DNA of 64,000 nt, taken from assembly GCA_965649765.1 (NCBI GenBank), contig OZ287751.1, positions 69,812,001-69,876,000 on the forward strand. The letters are read 5' to 3'. This DNA comes from Bispira polyomma. Its lineage: Eukaryota. Positions 52,101-62,500 of this stretch are shown piece after piece (position 1 is the first letter of the stretch; every line of letters begins with the position of its first letter). Made by a program: the position numbers and the translations under genes. A model generated the notes under the pieces. The model saw only the letters and a list, made by a program, of their open reading frames with translations. It made no database searches and was not told where the DNA came from.

Positions 52101-55100
52101 GGAGCCTTGATTGCAATGTGTTTCCCGTTGATTGCACCCACAGCATGAGGAAAGTTCCATTTGGTTGCAAACCTGTCACTGAATGCATGCCAGGCAATTG
52201 GAGTTGTGGGGAGATTCACCAACTCTGCACTGTATTCTGTCACTATAGTCTCGCATGTCTCTCTCACAAACACAGAAATGCTGTTGTGGGGGACTCTGAA
52301 GGCATAGCTTAGGCTGCGGTAGCTGTTACCCGATGCTAGATACCTTAATGTGATGGCCAACTTCATACCAGGCTGTAGGGCAGGCCTCCACTTGGTGTCC
52401 TTCTTGGTCAAGCGGGGGGTCATCCTGTCCAGCAACTCTCGGAACATCGCTGGTTCCATCCTCAGGTAGTTCAGAAAATCACCATGTGATTCTATCTCCA
52501 GCTCCATCATAAGGTTGTCAAACTGCAGACGCCTGCTGATCGAGGGCCTCACCCAGTACTGCCTGTCCCTCCTTCGTCTCCTCCTGAGGTAGGCCAATAA
52601 CACTAGGCCTGCTGCCTGTCTACGATGCCTTCTCGCCGCCATGATTTGATCTAGTGCTGCTGGACCAAAAAATGCCATTATTATATTCTATGTAACTACT
52701 ATCTAACTACTATCTATCTAGTACTGCTCAATAACTGATTTCATACTGACAGCTATAGCATTGCTACCATTATTTATACCCCTACCAACATACTCCCCTG
52801 ATCTGCGACGGACCTGCCACCACCGTGCGACAAACATCGACTAGTCTTTGATTGTCGCACGACGAACTCAGATTAGACGATGACAATCGCACGGAGGTAT
52901 TGGAAAGTCGCCGATCATCGCACAACCAATCTCTACAGATCGCAGACAATCGCTAGCAGCTCTGCAGAGCTGCTGTGGATCGAATGCTGCTCATCGCTGG
53001 TCATCGCCAGAGTGGTCGGCGACTGGTGGGCAACCCCAAAAAGCTGAATTTATGTGTGACTGCTACAAAAAAATCTTAAAAGAGATTCAAGGCAATCACC
53101 AGTGATTGGCTGTTTTTCTTCAATTTCCAGCTTGCAGCAGCTCTTTAACCGCTCGTGAGGGCTGTGTGACTGGCCCTTTAATTAGATAGGCAGTTATTTT
53201 TTACAATAAGGACTACTTTGTTATACTTTACATATCATATAATTAAGCTTTATTAATCCCAGAGTACAATGTGTACCTTGCTTACTGTAAGCTGTATCCA
53301 TAATTGAACTAAGCCTTATTGTCCACGAGTTTAATGTTTTAGCAGCCTACAAGCCTATAGTGAACTGTATCCATCATTTAACTAAGCCTTATTGTCGACA
53401 TGTTTAATGTCTTAAAAGCCTGCATGCCTATAGTGAGCTGTACCCATAACCTAACTAGGCTCTATTTTCCATGAGTTTAATGTTTCAACAGCCAACATAC
53501 CTATTGTGAGCTGTACCCATCATATAAATAAGCCTTATTGTCCATGAGTTTGATGTTTTACCAGCCTGCATACCTATAGTGAGCTGTACCCATCATTTAA
53601 ATAAGCCCTATTTTCCATGAGTTTAATGTTTCAACAGCCAACAACATACCTATTGTGAGCTGTATCCATAATTTAATTAAGCCTTATTGTCCAGGAGTTT
53701 GATGTTTTACCAGCCTGCATGCCTATTGTGAGCTGTACCCATCATTTCAACAAGCCTTATTGTCCTTTAGTTTAATGTTTTACCAGCCTGCATGCCTATA
53801 GTGAGCCGTGATGAGTGGGGAGCCAGACCTCCCACCAATACCAACCCTCTACTCCCTCCTCTGAGTGGGGTATTTGTACACCACTCTGCTGAAAGTAGTT
53901 GTTTCACCCCTGGAGACTGTGAGGCGCAAGTCAGGGCAATACAGAACTTCCACATGGATTCAAATGGTGAGCTCCAGGATTTGTAATCAACAGCAAACTA
54001 GCAATCATTACTTTCAGTGTTGTTCACATGCAGATATGTACATCATATACATACTAAAATTGTTGCTCGCATACTTTATTTGAAAATATATTTTTTTTAG
54101 TATTAAGCCACACGTTTTTTAATTTCTGAGAGAATGCTAACAATTATATTTTACTATTATATTCAGAATAATGTTACAATTTTTTTTATCACAAAAGAGG
54201 CTGTATATCAACTAAATATAACATTTACATTTAGGATTTTCAGTATATCAAAATTGGTTTACTCGGGCGAATTGTTTTCTGTGTACGTATTCCAAATTGG
54301 TACACAAACTGTATGTGTCTAAACAAATATGTTGATTTACTAGTGATGAGTACTTATATTTACCTACTGGTACGACACACCTGTATGCACGTTGACAATA
54401 CTTTAAAAGTAAAATAGGTCAAAGCAAGGATGCCTAATTTGGGAATATTGACCTCATAATTATTGTTAAAATCTGATTGTTTGAATAACAATGAGAATAT
54501 AAATTAAAAAGTTATGTAATAACAAAATATCCTTTTAAGTTTGTACACATCAAATCGAAATTGCATATTATCACTTTATGTGTCTGTATACTTACTTAGG
54601 CTGGTCAGACATTGTATACTTACTTAGGCTGGTCAGACATTGGGTACAACTTCTTGGTGGGTGAAGATGGCCGTATTTATGAGGGGAGAGGCTGGGCCAA
54701 CCAGGGTGCCCATGCAAGGATGCACAACAGCTGGACATACGGCATCTGTGTGATGGGAGACTTCAGCTCAGCCTCACCCAATGAAGCCGCATTAACTGCC
54801 CTAAAGAGTGTCATGCAATGTAGTGCTGATGAGGTAACATACATTATTATACAGAATACCATAAATGTAGTATTGGGATTTGTGTACTTAATGTCAGAAT
54901 ATTTAGTTTAGGTTTTACATGTATGTTACTTTTAACATCTTTGGTCACAATGTGATGGCCAGATTTGTCGGTATATGAAAGAAGCAGCTGGAGTTGAACG
55001 CACTGTCATCAGACGTGAGAGGCTAGTTGTAATGAAGCAGATGCTAGAACCACTAGACGACTTATACTGTCAAGATTTTAAAAGTAAAATATACAATGGT

Positions 55101-55864
55101 AAGGATAATCGATGTACTGAGGCAATGAAATATGATTGAACTCAGTGAAGTCAAATATCAAGGGAAAGGATAGTGTCATCAAAAATGCCCTGTTTGGACA
55201 TAGAAATTCATTTCTGACATTTCAGAGTTCTACTTGATTGGGATCAAATCGTTTTGAAGCTATATACCTAAAGTAGATGAATGAGTGTTTTAAGTGATAC
55301 TACTTGTGGAACTTATATAGCCATACACTTAATATGAACCGAGTTAAAGGAAAAGTGGCAGTCATATTTTATTATACAGTCTACACATATTTTTTTATTA
55401 ACCCTCAACCCCAAGAGAAAACTATCGCAGTGAACCAAATGTTCTGATAAAATGCTACAAAATAGCTGTCACTAAAACACATACCAGACACACCAAAGTA
55501 TACTTTTTTAACAGGGAAGGCTGTTGTACTAGCAATTTACTATTGCGTGGAACTGAAGAAAAATAGAAACATATTTTTGGGGTGTTGACTGCTTGCCGAT
55601 AGACATAGGTTCTGGGAGTAACAAATGTCTACAACCTGGGGATCAGAAGAGTTAATATTGGATGTGGGGATGTGAGAATTCCCCTACTGTAAATAATCAT
55701 AATGTTGACTTTTTCTTTGACAGGGTCAAGTGACCCCTGGCCATGAAATCTTTGGTCACAGAGATGGAGTGTGTACTGCATGCCCTGGTGATGCCCTCTA
55801 TGATCACATATATACCTGGCCGTACTTTAGCACCAGAGATATTCCCGTAGACTGCCTGTTCTAA
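46040..55864 (+). CDS. PGRP: Peptidoglycan recognition protein (N-acetylmuramoyl-L-alanine amidase type) with probable N-terminal Cys-containing extension, about 260 aa; start codon unresolved
   Basis: Proposed join(46040-46104,46631-46755,47555-47621,[47740-47760?],53787-53966,54628-54833,55724-55864), phases compatible. The PGRP domain is unambiguous; linkage of the upstream exons is inferred. Confidence 0.7.
46337..46560 (+). mobile_element. tRNA-derived SINE, diverged
   Basis: GGGGGCGTGGTGGCC head; CAATCACT and GCCAGGTAC body motifs. Confidence 0.55.
46631..46755 (+). CDS. Exon of unknown Cys-containing module upstream of PGRP
   Basis: TTTCACAG acceptor, GTGAGT donor; ACGNVIKTHGYGACFEATGGIVTCDLDGTSYDFAEFMYNNVF. 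Confidence 0.75.
47145..47390 (-). mobile_element. tRNA-derived SINE (same subfamily as 38271)
   Basis: Reverse-complement match to 38271-38525; perfect 14-bp TSD CTATTATATGTTAT. Confidence 0.9.
47555..47621 (+). CDS. Exon of unknown module upstream of PGRP
   Basis: CCAG acceptor, AG|GTAAGC donor; SAWTADTYLSIAAAEKCDGVGE; phase 0 in, phase 1 out (matches PGRP exon A). Confidence 0.72.
48619..48654 (+). promoter_or_regulatory. TATA + Inr core promoter of the Harbinger MADF gene
   Basis: GGGTATAAATA at 48616; TCAGTT initiator about 30 nt downstream. Confidence 0.65.
48708..50851 (+). pseudogene. Harbinger accessory MADF/Myb-SANT-like DNA-binding protein gene, disrupted
   Basis: EQQLVDFFAAQPLFYDQSLRDFKNRAKK, then an intron (donor appears mutated to G|ATAAGT at 49208), then FKSMRTIYGKLKKKTKSG; frameshifts; Q/P/S-rich tail. 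Confidence 0.8.
51562..52678 (-). pseudogene. Harbinger (HARBI1-like DDE_Tnp_4) transposase, inactivated
   Basis: YLRMEPAMF, LAITLRYLASG, WNFPHAVGAINGKH (first catalytic D->N), YHNYKGFFSIIL. An internal deletion joins LPHDD directly to QAFSILANRF and removes the second D and the E. The frameshifted C-terminus has stops and ends YFNNVGAVPWQRDMI*. Confidence 0.93.
52744..52778 (-). promoter_or_regulatory. TATA + Inr core promoter of the Harbinger transposase
   Basis: Minus-strand GGGTATAAATA with TCAGTA about 30 nt downstream; 100 nt upstream of the ATG. Confidence 0.65.
53240..53806 (+). repeat. 73-bp tandem repeat (about 7.5 copies) whose last copy is the real PGRP exon A acceptor and exon start
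   Basis: GTRARC registers at 53287, 53360, 53433, 53506, 53579, 53655, 53728 and 53801. Confidence 0.95.
53787..53966 (+). CDS. PGRP: PGRP domain exon A
   Basis: CMPIVSRDEWGARPP...VFVHHS...C...C..QVRAIQNFHMDSN; GTGAGC donor, phase 1-1. Confidence 0.95.
54585..54642 (+). repeat. Perfect 28-bp tandem duplication spanning the PGRP exon B acceptor
   Basis: TGTATACTTACTTAGGCTGGTCAGACAT x2. Confidence 0.95.
54628..54833 (+). CDS. PGRP: PGRP domain exon B
   Basis: GWSDIGYNFLVGEDGRIYEGRGWANQGAHA..HN....GICVMGDF. Confidence 0.95.
55402..55651. mobile_element. piggyBac-like MITE in the last PGRP intron
   Basis: TTAA|CCCTCAACCCCAAGAGAAAACTATCGC...GGGGATCAGAAGAG|TTAA; internal segment is the reverse complement of 31317-31365. 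Confidence 0.6.
55724..55864 (+). CDS. PGRP: PGRP domain exon C (terminal)
   Basis: GQVTPGHEIFGHRDGVCTACPGDALYDHIYTWPYFSTRDIPVDCLF*; Zn ligands H (HHS), H (GHRD), C (CPG) and catalytic Y (GYNF) all present; AATAAA near 55959. Confidence 0.95.
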   Translation, partial: GQVTPGHEIFGHRDGVCTACPGDALYDHIYTWPYFSTRDIPVDCLF

Positions 55865-56224
55865 GGAAATGTGGTGAAAACTTCAACAAAACTTGGAGTT
55901 ACTGAATCCTAATGATATCTGATAATGAACTATATGGTAAATTTTATAAACAAGACTAAATAAATGTTATAGGTTTTATGACCTAATAAGCATTTGTACA
56001 GTGTAATGACTTATATTATGGTATAACATGTTCTTGTTGCAAGTCAAATATAGCTGCTGAAATGGCCACTTCACACATTCTGCCTTTGGAAACATACCAT
56101 ACTTTAAAGATTATACACAAGAATTCTCTTTGGTTTGGAACCTTAAACCCTTATGTAAAAATCAATGCAGCCAACAGTGAAAATTACCATTTTGGTTCTT
56201 CTCCCTTGATGCCTCGGTGCTTTA

Positions 56225-56789
56225 AGCCCTGGTCCCACCGGATGTACGTTAGTTTATATAAGTCACACAAGGGCCCTGTAAATAGTTGCTGCAAAAGTTG
56301 ATGCAAAAACCCAAATGTTGCTTTTCTTCACATGAAAGCCATTAGGAGACGTCATAATTTACATATTTGTACGTCAAAACCTGTAAGGTCTCGCAGGGGA
56401 TGCTTAAGTGCACATCAAAGTACGTATTTGAACCCCTGTATGACACATATGAGCACGTCAATACACGTTGAAGGCCATCATTTGTGACGTTTAAGTACGT
56501 TTGACTACTTTAACCCACGTCATTCATGCATTGTGACGCATATAGCCGTATCACTACGCGAACTGTCGCAATGTTCAGATTAAAATTCACGCTTAAGTAC
56601 GTCAAAGTTTGCAGCTTTTGCGTGTCCAAATTTCAAACGGTTTGAAATTATTAATTTCTCGCATGTCATCTCTCACGCCAGGTTATGCATGCTTATGTAC
56701 ATGACGTCAGCTCCCGCAAACACCAAGCAAAACCTACGCAAATTAATTTTCAAACGACTCCTAACGTGACGGCCGGTGGGACCAGGACA
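56225..56789. mobile_element. Harbinger-type MITE
   Basis: TTA flanks; CCTGGTCCCACCGG...CGTTAG / CTAACG...CCGGTGGGACCAGG TIR. Confidence 0.75.
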
Positions 56790-56834
56790 TTACAGTGACC
56801 ACTATCGCCTCTTGCCTTTTTTTATTACTGTTTT

Positions 56835-57620
56835 TATTACTATTTTTGTACATGATACAAAAAGTTACGTGCACAATAACAATACATTGTTGACTCTTAT
56901 AACATTAAAACCCAAATTACTGCAAAGCTAACATTAACTTGGCAACATCACTTTTACCTTTATTGTGAAAAATCAGTTCTTCTATTTTCAATTTATCGTT
57001 AACTACATGTGGAAAAGTACAAAAGGAAACTTCTTATTCGTTATTTTTACATTGTTTAATGCGATATTATCCTATGAGCAGTATCTAGTTAACAATGTAG
57101 TAATGCTTTGGATTAAAGTTTATTAATCCAAATAATACTTTGAAAACATTTTGTGTCATGACAATAGAAGAAAACATGTACTAAATTATCCACATGGTCA
57201 CAATAGCTGTACATTGGTGATTCTCTAATATTCCACAAAAATAATCTGTAATTACATGCAAGGATTCGATGTGATATTTTAAACTGAAAGCTTACTAAAT
57301 ATGTGTCCTGAACAATCTTAGTTGGCATTAATTAAATATTTTACAAATCTATTAATTACTTATAAAACTAATACTTATATTTTACTTTTTGTTTTCATTT
57401 GATGAACCATTTACTGATTTAACAAAAACATTATTGACAACTCTGTTCTTAGATACTGAAGCAGGTACTGGAGTCATCCGATTTAAACATGATACTTGGT
57501 GGGAGACGACTAAATCTCTTAGTTATGACTATCATGTTATGGACAAAAAAAAATCGCTCCAGAGTCCTTAAAGATATTGATTGATGCATCAAGAAAACCA
57601 TTAAACAAAAAAACCATGTC
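56835..57620 (-). mobile_element. L1/Tx1-type LINE 3' fragment
   Basis: FQFKISHRILACNYRLFLWNIRESP...CDHVDNLVHVFFYC, similar to the C-terminus of the LINE at 18673. Confidence 0.75.
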
Positions 57621-57989
57621 TCATGCATGGTGATCTATCTTTACCAGCAAGGGTAAATTCAATAGTAATTGTAATATTATGTACAAATGTTAATATATTG
57701 TACTGGAAAGGCTATCCCAAACGGAATAAAAAAATATCAGTCTGTGTGCTGAAGTCCTCCTTAAAACATTTAATAAAATAGTTGCTTTTTCACTTTTTCC
57801 TCTGGCTTACTATTAATAAACATGCAAGAATATTCCATGGTGTCAGATGTGGGATAGACTGATTGGGGTTTAACATCGCATATTAAAACGGGGAGTTTTA
57901 CTAGTTGGGAAAAGCAGTGCATACTAGTTAATGTTTTGACTTTTTATAGCGCAAAAATCAATGACCAGGCATCCTCTGTGGAGCATATC

Positions 57990-58560
57990 TCAATCAGTAT
58001 GCAAAAGAATAGTCCGATAGGAGAAAAGGTTTGTGATGAGAGTTCAGTCGTGAAAAGCGAGTTGATACAGATGTGTTTGTGACCTTTTCCCTTAAGCCTG
58101 TAATCCTTGTCTCAGTGTGAAGACTAGTACAGATACTATTCCACTCAGCAGGTGCTGCAACTGTGAATGATTTTGGACCTGCAAGTTTTTTTGGGTAAGA
58201 AGCAAGAGGTGGAGAGATGACTTCCTCTGGTAAAATTGCTGGGAGACAGCACAGATGATAAGTGCAATTTTTTAAGTAGAGGTGTCGTATGTGAGCGGGG
58301 ACCAGCATTGCACACAATTATGTATACGTTGTTATGAATTTTTTGCAGCTTCTGATTTCCCCCTGTCCAATTCCATATTGTAGTGAGTTGCAGCAATCAA
58401 GTCGACTTGACAGCAGGACATTTACAACTGCATTTTCAAGAGTTACTTACCGAAGAATCCTATAAAAGTTATAGATGTTGCTGTAGCAAGATACAATTTG
58501 ATCCTGGTCTGTAATTTTTAAGGTTATTTCTATCCAAGTTTCACTTTTTAAGTAGACGAG
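57990..58560 (-). mobile_element. L2/CR1-group LINE fragment, diverged
   Basis: KLQKIHN...RSHTTPLLKKLH and GPKSFTVAAPAEWNS motifs. Confidence 0.7.
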
Positions 58561-59489
58561 TAACAATGGCAGTTCGATAAGACTTTCAAAACCAACCCTC
58601 TTAAAGCGAGTAGTTCATCATGTTTGTGATTGGAGTTAGTAGAATATCTATACAATCCTTTATTACGCCATATGTTCTTTAATTTGCAGCTGTTTCGTCG
58701 CAAAATAAAGAGCATGTGACGTTTTCCTGGCAGTATGGTTTTACCTTAATGTCCGTGTGTAGACAACGTAATGTTTGAAACCGTGCATAATATGTGGCCA
58801 TCTTTAGGCGTAGCCACCGTGCAGGTGATAAACTAGCCCCAAAACTGATTTTTTTTAAAAAAAGAGCTAAGAAAAAGCGCCACTGTTGCTTGTTGACCGT
58901 GTGTCGACAGCGTAATGTCGAGACCCTGGCTGGTTAAGTACTGAGATTGATTATATATGGTGAATGTTATCAGGTAGGTCCAAAACAAAAGTGATTTAAA
59001 AGTGAGCACACATATTGATGAGATCTGAAAGGCAGACATAGAAGAAAAGGTTAATTACTGTAGGTGCATAAGTGTTGACAGTTGAAGATGACAGTTGCGA
59101 CGTACCGTATTTACTTAATATTGACAATTCAAACAGTTTATTACAATTACATTCATCGCTGAATAATCCCTTGCATATTGACAAAGAAATAATTTTAAAT
59201 CGTGCACTTTTAATGTCGCCAACGTTGATTTGCGCATAAGTTATATATATGCCGAAGTTACACGAAACAATTGTCTCTTTTCGTAAGTCCATCGTCAAAA
59301 TAACAGCAACGAATCTTGTTAAATAGGGACAGATAATTCGGTCTAGCGTTTCATGTGTATTGTTTGAAAGATGAGAAACGGTAATATCTATTGGTAAAAA
59401 GCAGAAATATTGTTAGTTAATTATTTTAGATGAATTTTGACCTATTTGGATATTAAAATCGACCACGTAAAATTGATACATTTGTGTAA

Positions 59490-59592
59490 TCTATAAGATG
59501 ATGGTTGGGTTTTTCGGTTTACGTTTATTGTAAAATACGTACAAAGTTAATGGGGTGCGCCGAAAACCCTGTAGCGCCGAATACATGATTGA
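59490..59592 (+). repeat. Interspersed repeat shared with 13090-13200
   Basis: TTACGTTTATYRTAAAAYAYGTACAAAGT...CGCCGRAARCCTGTAGCRCYGAA occurs in both places; similarity stops at the DIRS-like left end. Confidence 0.65.
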
Positions 59593-59599
59593 AACTATT

Positions 59600-62500
59600 A
59601 TTTTTATTGCGATAAATACCCTTACCCTATCCTTACTAATGCTTTTATTTGGTTCACCTAAATATTCGACCATAAAAATCACTTCAGTCTTTTTTTCTAA
59701 GACTATTCTTGTGATTTTATTTAAATCTCCTTACTAATACCAGTGCGCATGCACCGGAAGTCCCGTCTACTTCTCGTCCCCGAGATACCTTTCACAACTA
59801 ATTTGGTCGCCATTGTGTCAACACCTAGTTCGATCTAATGCTGTGAAGTTTTAAAGAGAAGATGACTTATTTATAAGTCAGTAAGTATTAAGACTGAGGA
59901 ACTTTGGTTTCTGCAGTTAAATGCAACTGATGCAGCATTTTGGGGGTTTAAACAGGCCTTACATATTCGTTTGCAATCTTTTGCGTCCTTTGCCATTTTT
60001 GACGATTTTTGGAACAGCACAGTGGTCATCTTAGTAACTCGGCGTCTGTGAGCTTGTTAAAAGCCTCGACAATGTTAGCGAGTTTGTAGCAGTTTCCAAA
60101 CAGAGTGATGCCAAGATTAAGTCACCACCATTTCGGATCGACTTTCTAAAGTCGAATCGGGAAATGTGTCGGGTTCTACTACTTCTGTGCAGAGTGAGAA
60201 TGCTTTTGGAGGAAATACATCTGGTGTAGCTGAGAAGTCATAGAACAGCATACACAGGTTCTGTGTATACTGATTTTTGCTCGAGTTCCAGTGATGTCGC
60301 AACAGTGATGTCCCAACTGTGATGCTCTTGCAGTGATGTCTCAACAGTGATGTCTCGACAAAATCAGAGTTGTGTGCTTGATAAAAGTCTTCACAGCTTT
60401 TGGGTGATATATTATTTGCTTATAGTTCATTGTGAACGCTAGAAGCTATTAGTATGTCCTACAGATGATGATTCCAGAGCTACCTGAACATGACTGATGT
60501 ATTTTTTGCTTATTGTTCATTGTGAACGCTGGAAGCTCTTAGTATGTCCTACAGCTAGTTGATCTTTGAGTTAATTCCCTGTCAGCTTTGTTACCAGCTC
60601 TACTACAAGAATGGAAGGAGACCTGAGCAGAAGAGGGTGAATCATCAGCACACAGGCTTGGTATAGGGATTTCTCTGACTAGGTTAACAGTCAGCTGGAT
60701 TTTCCCTGGAAACTGGAGGTGTACTAAGAAGATGTTTCCGGAGAAAGCAGAAGTTCAGACTTTGAGGGTGATTTTTCTGACTACAGTTTTACCTTCACCT
60801 GACTCGTTCTAGATTCTTCTACAGACATTGGAATTTTATGGTGCTAGGAGATCCAATAACCAGAAATTTGCAAAAGTTTCAAGTTATTGCCAGGAGATTG
60901 AATAAAGTTTCACAGAGATTGTTTTATCTCAGGCACAGATCCTTGGATTGCTCAATTTTAAGAGATGCAGTTTTGAAAGCTGTAGATCACCTTGTTTTTC
61001 ACAGTTTTTAATCCCAGATATGTTACAGGTTTAGCCATGTTTTGCAGTCTTCTTAATATAGATTTCCACAAAAGTGTCACGAAAAAGCAAGTGGTTTTCA
61101 GAAGTTTGTCAAATTGCTGAAAGGGCCATGTATTTGACAGAACAGCTTACATACAGTATTCTACTTTCTCACAGTCTTCCCAGCAGAGATCCTACTAAAA
61201 ACTGTTACATATTGTCTTTGACCATTTCAGCATTGCTTGAGAAGTAGTGACTGTTACCTGGTGTGTGGTTCTTTTTCAGAGTTATACGTATAATGAGATG
61301 GGCTCTTCATTTCATCATGTAAACAAGGCAGAGTTCAAGTACGTTCCCATGGTTTCTAATTGTTTTTTCACCATACAAGATACAAATTAAGTTATCATGA
61401 CGTAATTATGACAAAGTAGAATTCATGTAGCAGTTTCTCGATGTCTGAGAGACGAAAAATGGAGATATATGTCAAATATTGTGTATGGAAGCGATGACGT
61501 GAGATCTGGGGAGAGTTCTCAGTGTTATGACGGATTATAAATGAAGAAGGATGACAACTAGCGATGGCATAACCCCTGTATAAGATGAGGTTAGTCTGGG
61601 CTTTTCTACGTCTTCTTCTGAGTTTGGATACTAATGGACATGTTGAGAGAACAATCTTTTTACTGGCTGCTAGCTTGTCAATTCAGCACGAAGAGATATT
61701 CAGCCGACCTTTATTTATATTCCTTATTTTGTCCAATTTGCAGATATTCGGGAGTTTTATGAGGTGGAAACAGTTTCTCTCACGAATTTATTTGAATAAT
61801 GAGTTAACTGGATTATTATTCACACTTGGGTGGCTTACGAGCCGACTTTCATATTCTAATGAATTTGGAGTTGCAGAGATTCATTTCATCTTGATTTTTT
61901 AATCGTCGAATTCTTGGGAAGAGTTCTAAATCATATATTCAGACTCCCAGATTTAGACTTGTCAATTAAGATTCAGAGTTTTTTCACAAGATACAGGTAC
62001 TGAATTACTACATGGTTGGTGGTTGGCGCCGATTTTCATACATTTATTTTTGTGATTCGTCCGGATGTGAAGTCTCCCACAAATAGATCATATTTTTTAT
62101 GTTCATGGACTGGCTGTTACTTATAGAAGGTCAGAAATTGTTGTCACATACTGAATCGAATTTCTAGACTGTCATTTCATTTTGAAACAGGATCTTTTGT
62201 GACTGTACAGCATATAATCAGACTATAATTCACATCACAACTGAATTATTCATGTCCTTAATAAGGGGTCATTTCTGGTTCAAGGAATGCAGTATTTTTG
62301 GAAGTTTACATATGGGAATCCACAATGAACGAATTGTTTGAAATCAAGCAAAACAATTTCACAATATCTCGAGGAGATGCATGTTGATTTAAATTAAATG
62401 TAGTATTTTTCGGTTACCTTAAGGTACAGCGTCACTTATCTGGTACTGAAGGGAGTTGCTGATTGACTACTTACTGGTGCCAAGACATTTATCAGTGAAG

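Larger units (their letters stand above)
48128..53177. mobile_element. Full-length PIF/Harbinger DNA transposon (5050 bp), defective
   Basis: TTA TSD on both sides; perfect 18-bp TIR AGGGCCAGTCACACAGCC; convergent MADF/Myb-like gene (+) and DDE transposase (-). Confidence 0.95.

Noticed and set aside
51562-52678. Domesticated HARBI1-like host gene
   Set aside because: It lies between intact TIRs and a TSD, and has an internal deletion, a frameshift and stop codons.
53240-53806. Regularly spaced repeats as a CRISPR array
   Set aside because: Whole units are repeated with no unique spacers, no cas genes are present, and the DNA is eukaryotic and intronic.
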